This document shows, one piece after another, positions 12,801 to 27,700 of a stretch of DNA of 64,000 nucleotides; the stretch's first letter is position 1; each line of letters opens with the position of its first letter. Both the position numbers and the translations under genes were made by a program. Below the pieces are notes generated by a model. It was not told where the DNA came from, made no database searches, and saw only the letters and a list, made by a program, of their open reading frames with translations. Origin of the DNA: Trichoplax sp. H2 (Eukaryota). The DNA is taken from NCBI GenBank assembly GCA_003344405.1, contig NOWV01000261.1, positions 1 to 64,000 of the forward strand, written 5' to 3'.

Positions 12801-15800
12801 TAATGTCTAACATGGTACCGCTGTAATATTTAGATAGTATCATTGGTATAGTTTATATGATTTTCTTCAGGATAGCTAAAAGTATCTTGTGGCATAATTT
12901 AAATCATTTTAATAGCGCATTGCCGCCTAATTTATGCGTTTATCATTCATTTTATCTCTTGATAGCTGAGGGCTTTTACATTTACACCGAGACATCAAGG
13001 CCAAGAGTGTTTGGAGAATATGCGGATTTAATGAGCCCTCCGATGCTTGCAGCCACTAGCAGTTCCACGGTTGAGGTAAGGTACACATGGATTTGCTTTA
13101 CCAGCAAGTTAGGACAATGATCATATAAATGAGTGATATCTAGATTATTGCAAAATCGTTAAATCTTTACAACAACGCCAATATTATGGCCTATCTGACC
13201 AACTTTGCAATATATCTCTAACCAATTCATTATAGAATAAACTATAGCTATTAAAGACTAGCCCTACCTGATGCTGTTGCACAGTCATTCATCTTTGTAA
13301 TGGCTGCATCATCTATCATACTCGATCACATAGCTAATAAATATAACTATAAATAACAAGAAATACACGTACCACGGAAGACTATGAGCAGGTAGTTTTT
13401 AAAAGCATCATTGAGAAATTGAGAAGTATGGTAATATAGAAACAGGAGTAAGAAGTTGAATTTAAATTATCAACTACTCATTATGTAGTCCAAACTTAGA
13501 CTGGATATAAATGCAATTCAAACGATAACCTAAAAGTAGGATATAGCAGTCAAGCTTTGTTAACTGTACGTAGTGAAAATGATAAATAGATATTTAATGA
13601 CCGAGACCGAATTAAGTAAATAATATATATACTTTCATTTATTTACTTAGAGCAAATCGATACCTTTTAAAATATTATTAAGCCTGCTGCCCATTAACGC
13701 GCAAAATTATATCTTTTACTGAGCTGCTATTATTAACAAAACGATTCTGCATTGCTTTATACGGTTAAGTTTTATTTAATATTTTGCACAAGAACTACTA
13801 CTTAGCATTTAAGTGAATAAATCTATAACGCTCTGCACATGTGTGGTATCGGAAATTCAGAATTATTCCCCTAAATCTCTAACATTTAGAAATACCTTAT
13901 CGACCGTATTCAATGACATGAGATGTTTTGCTAATTCCAATTTTAGATCAAATTTTACTATCATGCATATGGAAGCTCGCTAGGAAAACTACAACTCTAT
14001 GCGATGTACCCATCCGTTAGCCAGGCTTTTTACTCCATCACCAATGTTAGCCTTTATTCTGTGAATCAATGGAGACCATTTTCTACGACTTTTCAGCCTC
14101 TTTACAATCCATATCGTGTTAGTAATCATAGCCTGATTAAATTTTTCCTTTGCTTATAAGTGGAACATGCTATAAAAATTCAGATAATACGTTAATGTAA
14201 TTATTTCAGTTATCTTGTATATTTAATTTCAACTTGGTATATTACTGGAATATTTTCCTGCATGATCTCTGTGTTCATCTTGAAAGTAAAATAAAAAGCA
14301 AAGTTATACGAAGTCTAATTTATTAATAGTTATTGTATTTTTCATTTTTCGAGTAGATTATAATTCGTGGAACAGTTGGACAGTCTTACACTGGTGATAA
14401 CGCAATTGACGATATTTTTATCTCATCTGTCGGTACGAACAGTTACATATTCTAGCTATCTGTTATCTAATATTTTAAATTTATACTATGTACTAAATCT
14501 CTTTCAAAAATTATTTTTTATCTTTAATACGGCTTTACATAGAGAACAATTGTTATGTGCCCTTTTCGGAAGTTTACAGAGGAATAAATTCTCAAACTAC
14601 TTCCGGTAGTTATTGCCGGAGTTGGGCCTCTTCCACTGCTCAATATTACAATCATACACCATCAAATTATCCTTACAGTGATTTAGGGTTCAGTTATTGC
14701 CGAAATCCTGGAGGGGAGCGAAGCAGACCTTGGTGCTACGTTTCTACAGGTTCAACTTGGGATTATTGCAACATACCACGTTGTATTGCTCCTACAACCA
14801 CTCGTGCTCAATATCCGTTAGGAAGTAGGTTAAGATAGAAGATATTAAAAATATCTAAACATCCATTGTATTACTGCAATGAATAATTTATCTGTAAATT
14901 TTATGCTAAGAACTTCTGTAGCGTATTGTAGAGTTACGGTATATCGCTGCACATTTACTTTATTGTGAATAACAATAATGAAACAAAACATTTAATACGT
15001 TATATATGACAGTATAATTAGTTAAAGTGTTGCAGTAACAAATAAATGTTTTATTAAAATTTGACATTAATAATTAATTAAGGATGCTGTATATCAGCAT
15101 CATGTTACTATATCGTTGTAATAGTAGAAGTCATGTGAAAGATCGATTAAAGTAGCTACAAACAAGAAGATTATTTAAAATTTAGCAACTTTTACGGTAT
15201 TTATGGAATTGCTTGAGTAATTTACTAAAGAACATGTATTCTTGAAACTCATATCTTGAATCGTCACCACTTTTATTGGCGTAAGTACAAGCAAAGTATG
15301 AAAATGTAAAAGCTGTCCGTAAATGCAGACTTACTAAAATTACAGTATTAACAGAACTTACCACCAAGAATTCTCGATATCACCACGATATTCCTAAAAG
15401 CATTTTCATTCACATTCATTGTAAATCTTACTAAATCAGTGTATATTGGAAGTTGATAGCTGGAATGACAATATCCTATCATAAATACAGTATGTTATAG
15501 TTCGTCCTAATGAAACGTGTAAATGTTGTCTGGTAACCTACCGATTACAAAATATGCTATATAATTTAATTAATAATTACTTATATTCTTTACTTTATTT
15601 AAGTCAATATTTTGATTCTAATCAATATAATTTAAATCTTTATTTATTTCATTCAGGGCGATATCCGGTAGCCTTGATTAATTTCGATCATGGCCAGCAC
15701 TACATCGGTCGTGTTGCTATTTACCACGATGGGGAATGGGGCACTATTTACGGGAGAAGTCTTTCACATTCATTCATAGGTCTTCTATGTAAACAGGCCG

Positions 15801-18800
15801 GTCTAGGAAATTACGGATTACGTTATTACGGAGCTGGTAAATTTGATATGGCATGTTAGATTTGCTAACAAATTAGTTCTTAATAATATACATACGTTAA
15901 AGTCTTAGCAGATCTCACTAAATTATCAAGCCGCCCAAGCATGCTTGGGTTATATTACTATGTATTTAATCTAAACATTGTGTATGATTTAATTTTCTGA
16001 ATGATTGCGGTATCCATAGGATATGGTATCGCTGGCGTTGGAAAAGTCTGGTTGGATTATACTCGTATTGCTTGTCCGGCATCAAGCAATTCGATTAACA
16101 ACTGTACTTTAGGATCATGGGGTAGCACTTACGGACATAGCTCTGATCTTTGGCTAACATGCTCTTGGCATTCTACATACACAACTGCAAACCCAGCTGT
16201 ATCTACATGTTGGTCTCTTTTAGTTATCCTAATCTTGTAGCATGCAATTGCTCTTCTTGTATTTAGCATTTATTTTTCTACAATTAGCACCTTAATATAT
16301 TTTTCAGTTGTATTTTAAAAATTATATATCTTTTTTAAACTTTCAATAATATACCATCAAGCAGTCTCTACTGCAAATTTTTTAAGCTTATACAAGTTAA
16401 GTCTTCAAGACGGAAGAAATTCAACAACTGGTTGGGTTCAAGTTGATTACAATACTCGATCTGGTGCAATATGTTCATCCAGCTGGAATTTAAATAGCGC
16501 TGATGTAGTTTGCCGTCAACTAGGTTATATTGGTGCATATTCTTTTAATTGTAAGTAAGCTATGCTATTATTGCCACTTCTTCCTGATTGATTAATTTTA
16601 TTCCTGCAGTTAATGTACATAATACTACTATGTAAGACACTTCATTCTCTCTATAAACAGCTTTATCTGGCTCAGACCCGCCGTCAGCAGTTACTACTGT
16701 AATTAGTTATATATATTGCCGCGGATACGAACCAAGTATAGATGCATGCACCTTAAGAACTACTCCCTCTATTTGCTATTCATCATCGATTCGTCAAGTA
16801 TCTTGCAATCCAGGGCGATCGATTTATTGTAAGATAATTATATTTAATAAATATATAGGTCAACCACATTTATATTGCTTGGTTTATTAGAGCAAAATAG
16901 GATTTCACCTGCAGCATTAATTGTATAAAGCAATGAGTTATTGGTTACGCTGATATTGCATTTAATAACCATTATACCATCGTATCCTCATATTAGTCAG
17001 TTATAACAAGCCAGAATACTGCACATTTCAGTATGGTCTCTGTGGCTGGAAAGCAACCGGAAAAAAAACATGGATTTGGTACCCCCGTAATAGCGGGCAC
17101 TTTTCTCCTTTTGGAGGACAAAGTTGTGAGTAGCACTCATACTTAATGATAATTTGATTTTAGCAATACTAGCTAGGGGAGATATATATTCAATACTGCA
17201 TACACTCTCGATAAGGTTATTTAATCGTAAAATTAATTTTTCAAAATATTTCATCAATATCTTATAGATTCGTCCTTTATATATGCCTATCAAGCTGCCA
17301 GGTCTACCGCAGTTGTAGCAACACTAGTTAGCCCTCGAATATATAGAGCATTTCGAACACAATATGTACGGTACTTATGGCAATAACATTCCTTTAATGA
17401 AATATAATAGCTGTACCTATTTATTTGATTGGATTCTGTAGGTTCGATTTCAATATTACGTTATGGGCTACAATTTTGATTCTTTGGTACTTTCGTACAG
17501 TCCAAGTGCTTCAGTTAGTTACACCATCTACAGTACATACAGATTAAGTTCTGGAGTGAAAGGAGTTTGGATCGGGAAATCCAGCAATAGCTTCTATCCG
17601 AATGGAAATTACATAGTAAGTTCATACTTTATAGTTTATAAATATGTCAACACCAACATTCAGACAAACCATTCTCTGGATGTAAGAAGTCACTGAAAGC
17701 AATTGCCTTTAAGTTTACATTACCATAATCACATCACGTATGTCCAAACAGATCTTTACATTTAGAATGCAATTGATGTAGATATTAAAGCGACTGTATC
17801 TCAATGCAATACAAGTTGGCGAAACCAGTTAACACTTCAAATCATATTTTAAACTTTCTAGCTAAGATTGGTCTGTAAAACATACTCCGGATCTCCATCT
17901 TCAAGTTCTGGTGTTGGATTTAGAAATATAATTTTATTTTATGGATATAGTTCACCTGTTTCAACCTATCCACCTACCAATGGTATGTACTCATATAAAT
18001 ACTTCAAGAACTAAACTATTTGCATTTAACATAGAAATATGATAAATTTTAATACTCCTAAAGAAAGTTTCGTAGGTTCAAATTTGTCTTTCGTCAATGT
18101 AGGCTACAATCCTCATGTCAACGTTACTAGCATAATAATTGGCGTTACGGTAACAATTATACTTATAATATTCGCAATTATAATATTTACGTACCGACAT
18201 CGCTATATAAACTCCCGTGGAAGACCTTTTAATAGTCCTAGCTCTGGAATGCCTGTACCCGGAACAAGAATAACTAATCCTCCACCAAATACTTCAAGCA
18301 ACACCTCTACTGCACCACCACCAGGTATAGTAAAATGATTCTTTTAATGGTTTTGCCCCAGCTATTCATATTATAGTTAGCTTTCTGAGTATCGTAGTCG
18401 CTGCATTTCTTCTAAGAATTCATATTTTAAGATCCATACAATTAATACCGGGGTCTATAGTAAATCACCGTATTAGTCTATTAATAGTCGCAGAACAATA
18501 AGCTACTTTTGAAAACAATCATGATTACTTGGCAAATTTTAAAATGGTATTTATTTGATTAAGTTGATCAGCATTCTTTAAGCTTTTAAATATAAAATGA
18601 AATGCTGTATTGTATCATTATTATTCAAAACAATGGAACTTAGTTACAGCCTTTATAACTAATGATGCATATTAATTCCATTTATTGCTTTTATGACTAT
18701 TTGGCGTTGTACCGTAGCATATGGTGTCGCAGTGACCTCACAAACTCCAGGTATTTTACAATAACTAGTATAAATGAACACTGTACTTATCAAACCGCTA

Positions 18801-19307
18801 CGTTTCTATTAAAATCGTAGCGGCCAATACTATGTATTCTCTCATCTCAATGATTATCTCAATTCGGAAGCTTTTTCGTCAGTCCATTTTGTTTCTGATC
18901 AAAGGTATTAGCTATCCTGCAGTATATGGAGCTCCACCACCCGGCCATGGAGTTGCTCAACCTGGTTATGGATTCGGACAAACTCCATACGTAGTTAGCT
19001 ATAATGTAAATGCAGGTATGCATCCTATAGGACTCAATCCAAGTAATAAGTTTATATTTCTTCTCATTATTCTTAAATTTGAAAGTTGCAGAATACATCA
19101 ATTTTTGCATTTTTCATCGAATTTTAGATACTAATCCATAATAATATAAGCATAAACAGTATAGCGAAATAATAGTAATTGCATTATCTTACATCTACAG
19201 GGACTCCTCAAACTTCACCTCCATTATATGAAACGGTATCCCAATCGCAGAATACAACTCATGCAGCCGAAATGCAGAATAATGAATTAAGCAAAATTAA
19301 TACATAG
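9894..19307 (+). CDS. Locus C: type-I membrane receptor SP-LRRNT-LRRCT-furin site-MAM-kringle-SRCR-SRCR-MAM-TM-PPxY tail (~19 exons)
   Basis: Phase-compatible exons: 9894-10096 (signal peptide, [14 protein letters not shown]); 12206-12423 (NAVSC...CSKPKRLIG...RDKR); 12619-12771, 12966-13075, 13947-14117, 14357-14432 ([29 protein letters not shown]); 14543-14824 (kringle: YCRNP, RPWCY); 15657-15836, 16020-16208 (SRCR1); ~16362-16550, 16661-16828 (SRCR2: [10 protein letters not shown]); 16997-17125, 17268-17365, 17442-17615, 17862-17982 (MAM2); 18103-18324 (TM); 18718-18750, 18905-19042, 19201-19307 (SPPLYE, stop). Confidence 0.88.
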
Positions 19308-20642
19308 AAACTGCTGTTAAAACAATACATTGTTATTACATTGATACTACTTCAAGTAATCTTTACCACCACTGGCATGTCACAATAGACTTTTTATACA
19401 CTGTAATGTTGCTGTTATACACTCGAATACGTAGTATACTCATACTGCCATAGCTATAATACCTACTATACTTGTTAACGTCCATTTTACGTTCGTATCG
19501 CCTTTGATTCGATCACAATCTATGATCTTATTTTATTTTACAATACAAAATTGAATAAGTCATCCCTGTTGTGTAGCATACCGAAACTAGTATGTACGTA
19601 CTTGTAACTGATAGTAGCTGCAATGATTAAAACGAACCAATGCGATGTTATATTTGTATTTCGGAGAAAATTGACCTCGATTTAATACTTCTATATTCGT
19701 AAAATTTGCTAATAAAAAACTAAATTTAAGGATCCACCGATAAATAATGTTTCTGATGTTTTATTATATTTATTCGTCTTTTACAGCACCTCTTCAATTC
19801 TACATTAGCTTTAACATACGATTTGCAACGTAAACTGTATTCATCAAATACTACATATATGCAATACTAGATTGCAATGAACTTGATTAGGCATTGTTAT
19901 AAGCTTATTGAGGTGTGTATAGTGGTGCCTACTACGGCCTATTAAATAAAGCGGGTACAAGTGCAGCTACTGCCGTTGCTATAAATTGCGCAGTTGAAGA
20001 ATAAGAAAAATATAATATAATCTGTGTACAATTTAAATTCGTATCTGCCACCCTTACATAATGCACAACATATTAGAACACACTCACTTTATCTACATGG
20101 AGTGGCTAGTGCAATTTCATAATGTTCCACAATCACATCATCATATCCGACTTAGTATAACCATGAGAGACTGCAATAATTTTTAGAGGAAGTGCAATAA
20201 AGACAGCATACTAATATATGCATATGACAAATTATTTTATATGACGGCATTTTGTCCCAATACTTATGGGATAAACCTATTAATACAACATTAAGAACGC
20301 GTGATGAAGTACCCCAATCATACACCGTGCTTTAATCCACTTAAATAATGACTAGGATAGAAATGAAATGTGACTGCTATTGTACTGCTATCTAATCTCA
20401 TGGGCCATATATAAGCTAATATAAGCCTCTGGAAAGCTGTCAGAAGCACTCATAATGCTCCCAAAATATTCATACGCAATATGGTCATTTTAACCAGAAA
20501 TCAAGCAGTGTCATTAGTTGTAATTACCTTAGAAAACTAATTTATACGTATTCTTTATCAGAAAAGAAAGTTTTTAGCCAGCAGTCTTTACAAGTCTAAC
20601 AGTAAGTGCCTCATGAAGCAATTTGGAATATTCTTAAAAAAT

Positions 20643-23600
20643 ATGGTATTGAAAACTTTTTCAATTTTCTACTTTGGTCTAATTTAAAATTTCTTCATCA
20701 TCGTTATCTGTGGAAATTGGGTAATAATTTATGATGGTAAGAGCGATTGCCCAAGCCATTGTAAGTGTAGTGTATTACCACTAGTCTTTCTTAAATAAAA
20801 CCGAAGCCAAATTTTATTTAAAAAATCGGCCACTTTACAGTCAATCTGCACAAAACTAAATTTCTAGTGCAGAGATAATATCATAAAGCTATTTTGCCTT
20901 GCCTTTGGAAAATTATCATCTACAAGATAAGGGGAATACACTGACTTGATGAGCTCTCCGTTACATAGAGCAACAAAATAGCTCTATGGTTGAGGTAATT
21001 TATCAATTTTATTATTAGAAAGAACATAACAGCTAATTGATTATTTCAATGATCCGTTTCTAATTTCAATTATATCATGAAGTTATAAACTATAATGACT
21101 GTCTTGATCTAGATTTTATTACATATTTCTAAAAGTTTTTATACTAAAGTAAGGTAACCGAATCAATTGATTGTTGGAATAATATTAATTAAAAGGGCTT
21201 AATTCCTTTTTATAGCTCGATTAGCCTTGCTACCACTGCGGAAAAGGACGATAATAAGTTCTATTAACTGTTATGGATTTGAGCCAAGTGTTGACTACCG
21301 CACTGCAAGCAATACTCTGTCTAATTATTCATTATCGTTGATTTGCCAAATATCTTGTCATCCTGGGCAATCGTGTAACAGTATATCAATAAATATTCAG
21401 TTCAGTTATTTAATTTTCCTTTATATCTCGGAAAGAATTGAAACTCTACACCCTGCACTTATAAAATAAATCTATTTTAGGGGTAGTAGGTATACATTAA
21501 CTAAATATCGATTGATTTTACAGGTTTACAATAGCCAGTAACAACGAGCCTCAGCACTGCTCACTTCAATAGGGTCTCTGACCCTGGATAGCTACAAGTA
21601 ACAAAACCTTGGATTTGGCATCCCATCGATGATACCAGTAGCAGACACTTTCAGTCTTTTTCCGAACAAAATCGTTAGTACATACTGTATCAATAACTTC
21701 ACGGCTACTACTGTAATAGCTGTAATATTTTCATGATACGTCTCCCATTAATGCGATCTTTGACCATTTGTATTTCATGGCTAAATTTTGCATAACCCCC
21801 TGTTTTTGGTACTGTAGTTCTTCAATCACGATTCACATACGCTAAGTTATACTGTTTCAAAACTGATATCTCAAATTAGTATTTCAATCCATTCGAGATT
21901 TTTCCTATGCTTACGCATATCGATCTACCGGTAGCTTTGCTCAAATTGAAGCAACGCTAACTAACCCTCAAATAGATGGAAGATCATTAAGCCGGCAAAA
22001 TGTAAGTACAATGGCATTATCGTCTATAGTAATGGAAGTTGGCGAAGTCAAATATTACTGAATACAATTACAATTACTGTATTATTTATGGATTTAAGTG
22101 TCAGGTTACATTCAAATATTTTGTAATGGGTGACAACTTTAGATCTCTATCGCTTATGTATTATATATCTTTAATTTTATCGTATACTAAATTACTGTTA
22201 TCCTTTCATCAGAACGCACGCTAATGGCAAGAATCGAAGATATATTATTCGATACAATTTATGATTTATTCATTTGAAACTGGGGTTTCATTTGAAAACT
22301 GCTTTTAATTGTTAATAAGGGCTTTTCTGAAAGCATTCGTATATTACCACCGTAACATTAAAATAAGCTTACGCGGAATTAGTGCTGGTGGTTGAATAAT
22401 AATATTTCAAAACTTTTTTAGCTTAAAATTTCTTATAGTTAAAACATAAAATCCTCATCTTCAGCTTCAAGTGTTGGAATCAGAAATATAATTTTGCTCT
22501 ATTCACCTTGATTAACTATACCTACTCCAGGTACGTTTAGAAGCGTTAATACATAGAGCTGTTGCCGGCTAAACTGAAAATTGAGCAAAACTATAATTAT
22601 TCTTTAAATGCGGTAGGCTATACCACACCTGTCAATATTACTGACATAGTTGCTGGATACATCGCTTCTATCGTGTTAATTATCATAGCCGCAACTACAG
22701 CAATTAATTATTGGTCATGACGATACCATTAGACAAATTCGAACGGAAGAACTGCTACTGGTGTTGAAAATTCTGAAGTTTCTGATACAAAAATGAATAG
22801 TACTCCACTATTTACTACGTAATGAATACTGACAGCACACAACAACCTGGAGTAATAACATTTGGAATCAATTCTTTTATTAACTATTTGCATCATTAGC
22901 TTATCTACATGTTCTCAATGCTTTCTATGGAAATAGAATAACATTTCTTTCACAGCTGCTCACAAATTCTTTTAGTAAATATTACTTATGACCACATCTA
23001 ATGGCGTTGTTATAATTACAGTAAAAATTATATAATACGCTCGAATCAATTATTTAATATACTCGCAAATCAAGGTATTTAGCAGAACTCGAATCGCGGT
23101 TGTTTATTTGCAATTGACCAGCTTAACTGTGCTTAAAACTAACTTTTTTGCCATAAATTTTATCAATTTTACAATAAGTTACTGAGTTAATGTAATTAAG
23201 CTAGTAGCCGAATTATCAATCGATCTTTTGCAATTCTGTATCACTCATGTTGCACTACAGCTCATCCCACAGAGACAATATCTAAAACATATAGTAATTG
23301 GCAAATTTATCGCAGCTAAGCTCATCGAATCGTTATGTTTCAACATCAATATAGGAATTTCTTATTATTAATCTATATAATTTCCACCAAAGTATTACCG
23401 ATTAGGGAGTATACGTAGCTTCATCTCCCTTTACGTTGGCTCAGCCAGTTTATGACCGTGGACAGTGGATAGCCTCCTTTTACAGTCAGCTACAATTTGT
23501 ATACTGATATTCAACTTGCAATAAATCCAAATAGTAAGATTTTATTTCTTTACGTTATTTTCAATGTTTAAATGCTTTAGGAACCGCAGTTGTAGTTATA

Positions 23601-23763
23601 CAGTAGTTTATACCAGGTAATCTTGATGCTAAATCAAATAATGTAAATTGCACTAATTTAGACATATGCATTATACACGTTATTGTAAAAGTAATCTATT
23701 TTCCATGTTTTTCGTTCATAGTAGCCTCTAAGAATGTGCCATCAATTATCTATGAGAAATAAC
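20643..23763 (+). pseudogene. Locus D: degenerate, internally deleted paralog of C
   Basis: Exon-1 remnant MVLKTFSIFYFGLI*...DCPSHCKC (TAA at 20685-20687); MAM1 remnant GEYTDLMSSP ~20931-20995; SRCR2b remnant ~21217-21380 (INCYGFEP...QISCHPGQS); MAM2 remnants with stops and frameshifts 21524-22531; TM remnant ~22617-22730 (VNITDIVAGYIASIVLIIIAA...WS*RYH*); tail remnants ~23400-23763. Kringle and SRCR1 exons are absent. Confidence 0.85.
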
Positions 23764-24782
23764 AGTATAATGAGCAAACTCAAATTGATATTTAAATTAT
23801 TATGCTGTTATTTATCGCCTATAATATTTTTGCTACCAGTAATATTAACTGTTGCTGGTACAAGATATTGACCATTATCTTGAGGTGATGTCAAAATTTA
23901 AATGATAGATTAGTAAGGTGGATATCTTGAATTTAAATACGTTGACGTAAAATTATCTTCGATTTGACCCCTAAGAATTTATTGTTGACTAAGTTCACGG
24001 ACGGATATCTTCTTTGTGATTGGGTCAAGTGTTGTATGCAAAATTGAGCGGTACTGTTATAGTATTATCGGCCGATGTTGTGATTCTGATAGTATACTCT
24101 ATACACTATGCTAAGCACTAGCTCGTGTAGAATTCTATATTTATAAATAAGATTAAAAATAAAATCTAACTAAAATCCCATAGTGCGGTGTCAGTTATTT
24201 ACTGTGTTCACAATCAACGAAGTAATAACAGTCTTGGTTCTTAAGATTCATATATTAAACTTATAGCGAATAATATATCCTGACTAACATGCTAGCATAA
24301 TAAATGATTACAAATTGAGCATATCCACATAAATAGATATGTATCATTCGTACAGAAGCTTTATTAACCATATTTATGCGAATACTCAAAATTTAACTAT
24401 CTCTTCCTTAATCATGAGACAGAACCGTAAAGTAACATGTAAAAGCAACGTAATATTTCTGCAATAATGCAAAATAACAAAGTCTGCACTATATTGTGTA
24501 ATGAATAGTAATCGGCATAATGATATTAGAATTATAATGTGGTCGACATGGCACGTGATTGTCACAATTGTAAAGATCAAATTTAGCACCTTGTGAATAT
24601 ATTGTGTACATATGACGTCAAAGATGTAATCTCTGCACCAATATATAATAGTTATCAATGTTTTTATTCTAATTGATCAATCAAATTTTACCGATATATA
24701 TAGAAGTAGTAATACGTGAATTAGGAAGAGATAGTAAATCAATAGACTGAAGGAAATAGCCACATCGTAAACGATAACAAAA

Positions 24783-27700
24783 ATGGCATCGAATGTAGAA
24801 ATGATTGTTCGCGTTTATTTAGGCATGATTATAATTCCTTTACTAGCTACTGGTAGTAAAATAATGTTTAAGGATGTAAGAGATGATTGTCCAAGCGCCT
24901 GTAAATGTAGAGATCAGGAAATTTCATGTAATTATTTGCCTACTGAGAGAGACTTTTTTGTGCCAAAATGGACGAAACTTCTGTAAGCAGTTTTATTTCA
25001 TTTAATTTTTATATCTTGTTTATCAATTACACATTAATTTAGTACAGCAATAGATTAATCGATTGAAAATATTAATTTAATACAAACATGTATAAAGTAT
25101 TATTTTGACTAATAGTACATGCTAATCCTTACTGATACACCATACTTTAGTGGCATTACTGTGCCATCATTAGAAATTAGAAATTAGCCACCAATCTGCT
25201 AATTCATATTTAGACAAAGTTTAAAAATCTTACATATCCCTAAAAATAATAGCAAAAATAATCACTAATCATAATTTATTGCTTAATCTGTAGTCAAATA
25301 ATAAATTATTCCTATTGATGATTAAAAAATTTTTAAGGAGTATAGTACATAATCAGATCCAGTACGGTAATTTAAAATTTTTCATTCATATTGTAAGAAA
25401 TTACTGAAATTAAAAGTACCAAGTAATTATTATCATTTATTATTGATAAAGCAAATTGACGCTAATAATTAATCTACTCAATCTCTGATACAACTTTGTT
25501 TATTGGGAAACAAAACTTGCTCACATCAAGAGCAGACTACCATTCACTTATTTTATAGCAATCTTACTAGTGTTTATTAGCAAGTGATTGTTTAAAGTTT
25601 TTGGTATATATGTAGTATATTCTCCACTTCAGCGTTCCTTTACTTTTGGTCATATAGTATTAGAGTAGGCGTTCTACTTCTAAGGGCATTAACTTCTAAT
25701 TACGTAAAATTATTATTACTAGTTTCATCATCTCAGAGCCTTATACTCGGCCAGAATTTAAAGAAATCAACTTTTCCACTTTTCACTTTCCTCCTTAAAT
25801 GTCTCTTTCTAATAATAACTACTAGATAAATCTTAATAACTGTAATGTCAAATACCACCAATTACCGTGACATTCTATATAAACTTGTTTATTACTGCCG
25901 ACGGTATGCCATGATTCTACTTCTTTAATTTCAGAAGATTGATCATTTTAATATTTAAGATAAAGCTAAAAAACATGTAACGGTCTCTTATATATCTAAA
26001 ATGGAATTGTAGATCTTACATTTTTTTTGGAGCTGTTCTATAAGATGCTGAAATTTATAGAATCAATAGGTTCAAAGTGTTATATAATGTAGATTGCATG
26101 AGTTATAAAGAAATCTCTTATTTATATCCATCCTTATATGTTTAATACTCTTACGTAGAGTAAAAGTATAAACGTTACCTTGTAAGTGTATTTCAATCTA
26201 AAAATCAAAGTGCTAGTATAATCGTAAGGCAGTAGAGCAACTTCGTTGCAATCATTTATCAATATTTGTATTAAGTCTCCTCAATGACTTAAAGTTAGAG
26301 TTAGAAATGATCGCTAGCACTCATTCATCTTTACATTTTATGCGTAAGTAATTATTAAAATTTACAAGTTATCTGAGTTTCAATGGAAAGCAATTAGTAA
26401 TTGTAATTTCTTCGATAAATTTGGTTACAACTGGATCTGTATTGCGACGAAATCATATTAAAAGTATTTTAAGATCCCTAAATGGCTAAATTAGACCTTT
26501 ATCTCTTTACCAATTAACAATCCAGTGCCTATCACTGTTTCTATCTAAGCGATATCACGATGATAAAGTAATAGATTAACGATATAATAGCGATAAGATT
26601 ACGATCACCTTTAGCATAGAACTGAAACAATGTAGTAATAACTCAAAGTATATGTGTATTATACTAAATAGTACTACAATAATCATTTATCTCTGTTGCG
26701 TGTTTTTTTTTATTTCCAATCTTAGAATTACCTATAAAATGATACCCTTTATAAGCAACATGTTTCACTCTATTTTTGTATTATTTTAATTGCGTAAATG
26801 ATTCGAGGTTGAAATATTAACAATACAGGATGCACCTACGAGTATAGTGCAAGATTATACCAAACGGATGATATTATTGGATCGCATACGATCTGTACAC
26901 GGTATAAAATGAAACTTTTATTTCAATACTGCAAAGGTTAAAAGGAATTAATATGTAAACAACATTTTTATTTAACTAGTATAATAACTTCAGATTAGAA
27001 ATAAATTGTCTTAATTCCAAGAAGGTAATAAAATCGAGTAAATCTATTGCCGTATCGAATGCTAACTACTCCACATATTAGTACGAGTATATCGCAAGCG
27101 GTGTAGGTTTTTGAAAACGTTCTAAACACATAAACTTTTTCTGATGTCGCTATGCTCAGGATCATTAAAAACGCCATTTCCTGCGAAGACAAATATCTAG
27201 ATAGATTGAAGAATTTGATCATCCCCAATCAAATCAAAATAATTGGCAAATGTAGCAAACCCTCAAGTTTGGCAGGGCGAAGACTATCAAAACTGATCGA
27301 AAACAGTCATTCTCTAAGCAAATATTCCCGTAAGGAAAGATCGGACCATACGAGTTATTACTCCTCAATATACAATTTCACAGGTTCATAATTTTATTTT
27401 ACTTATATTTAAGGATACCTGTAAATTACAAATTACAATGCCGACTAGAAATAACATTAATGACTAAGTTAAAGGCTACTCTCGTATGCTAATAAATTTA
27501 CCTGCTAAGTCTTTAATATGAATACAAATTTTCTCAGATCCAGCCTACACTACCAGTTGTAACTTTGACATTGATCTGTGCGGATGGACACAGTTAACTT
27601 TAGTCGATTTTTTTAATTGGACTCGCATTAGTGGTTCTACCACAAGCTCAAGTACAGGACCAACCAACGACCATACTCTTAAAAATTGTATGGATTACTA

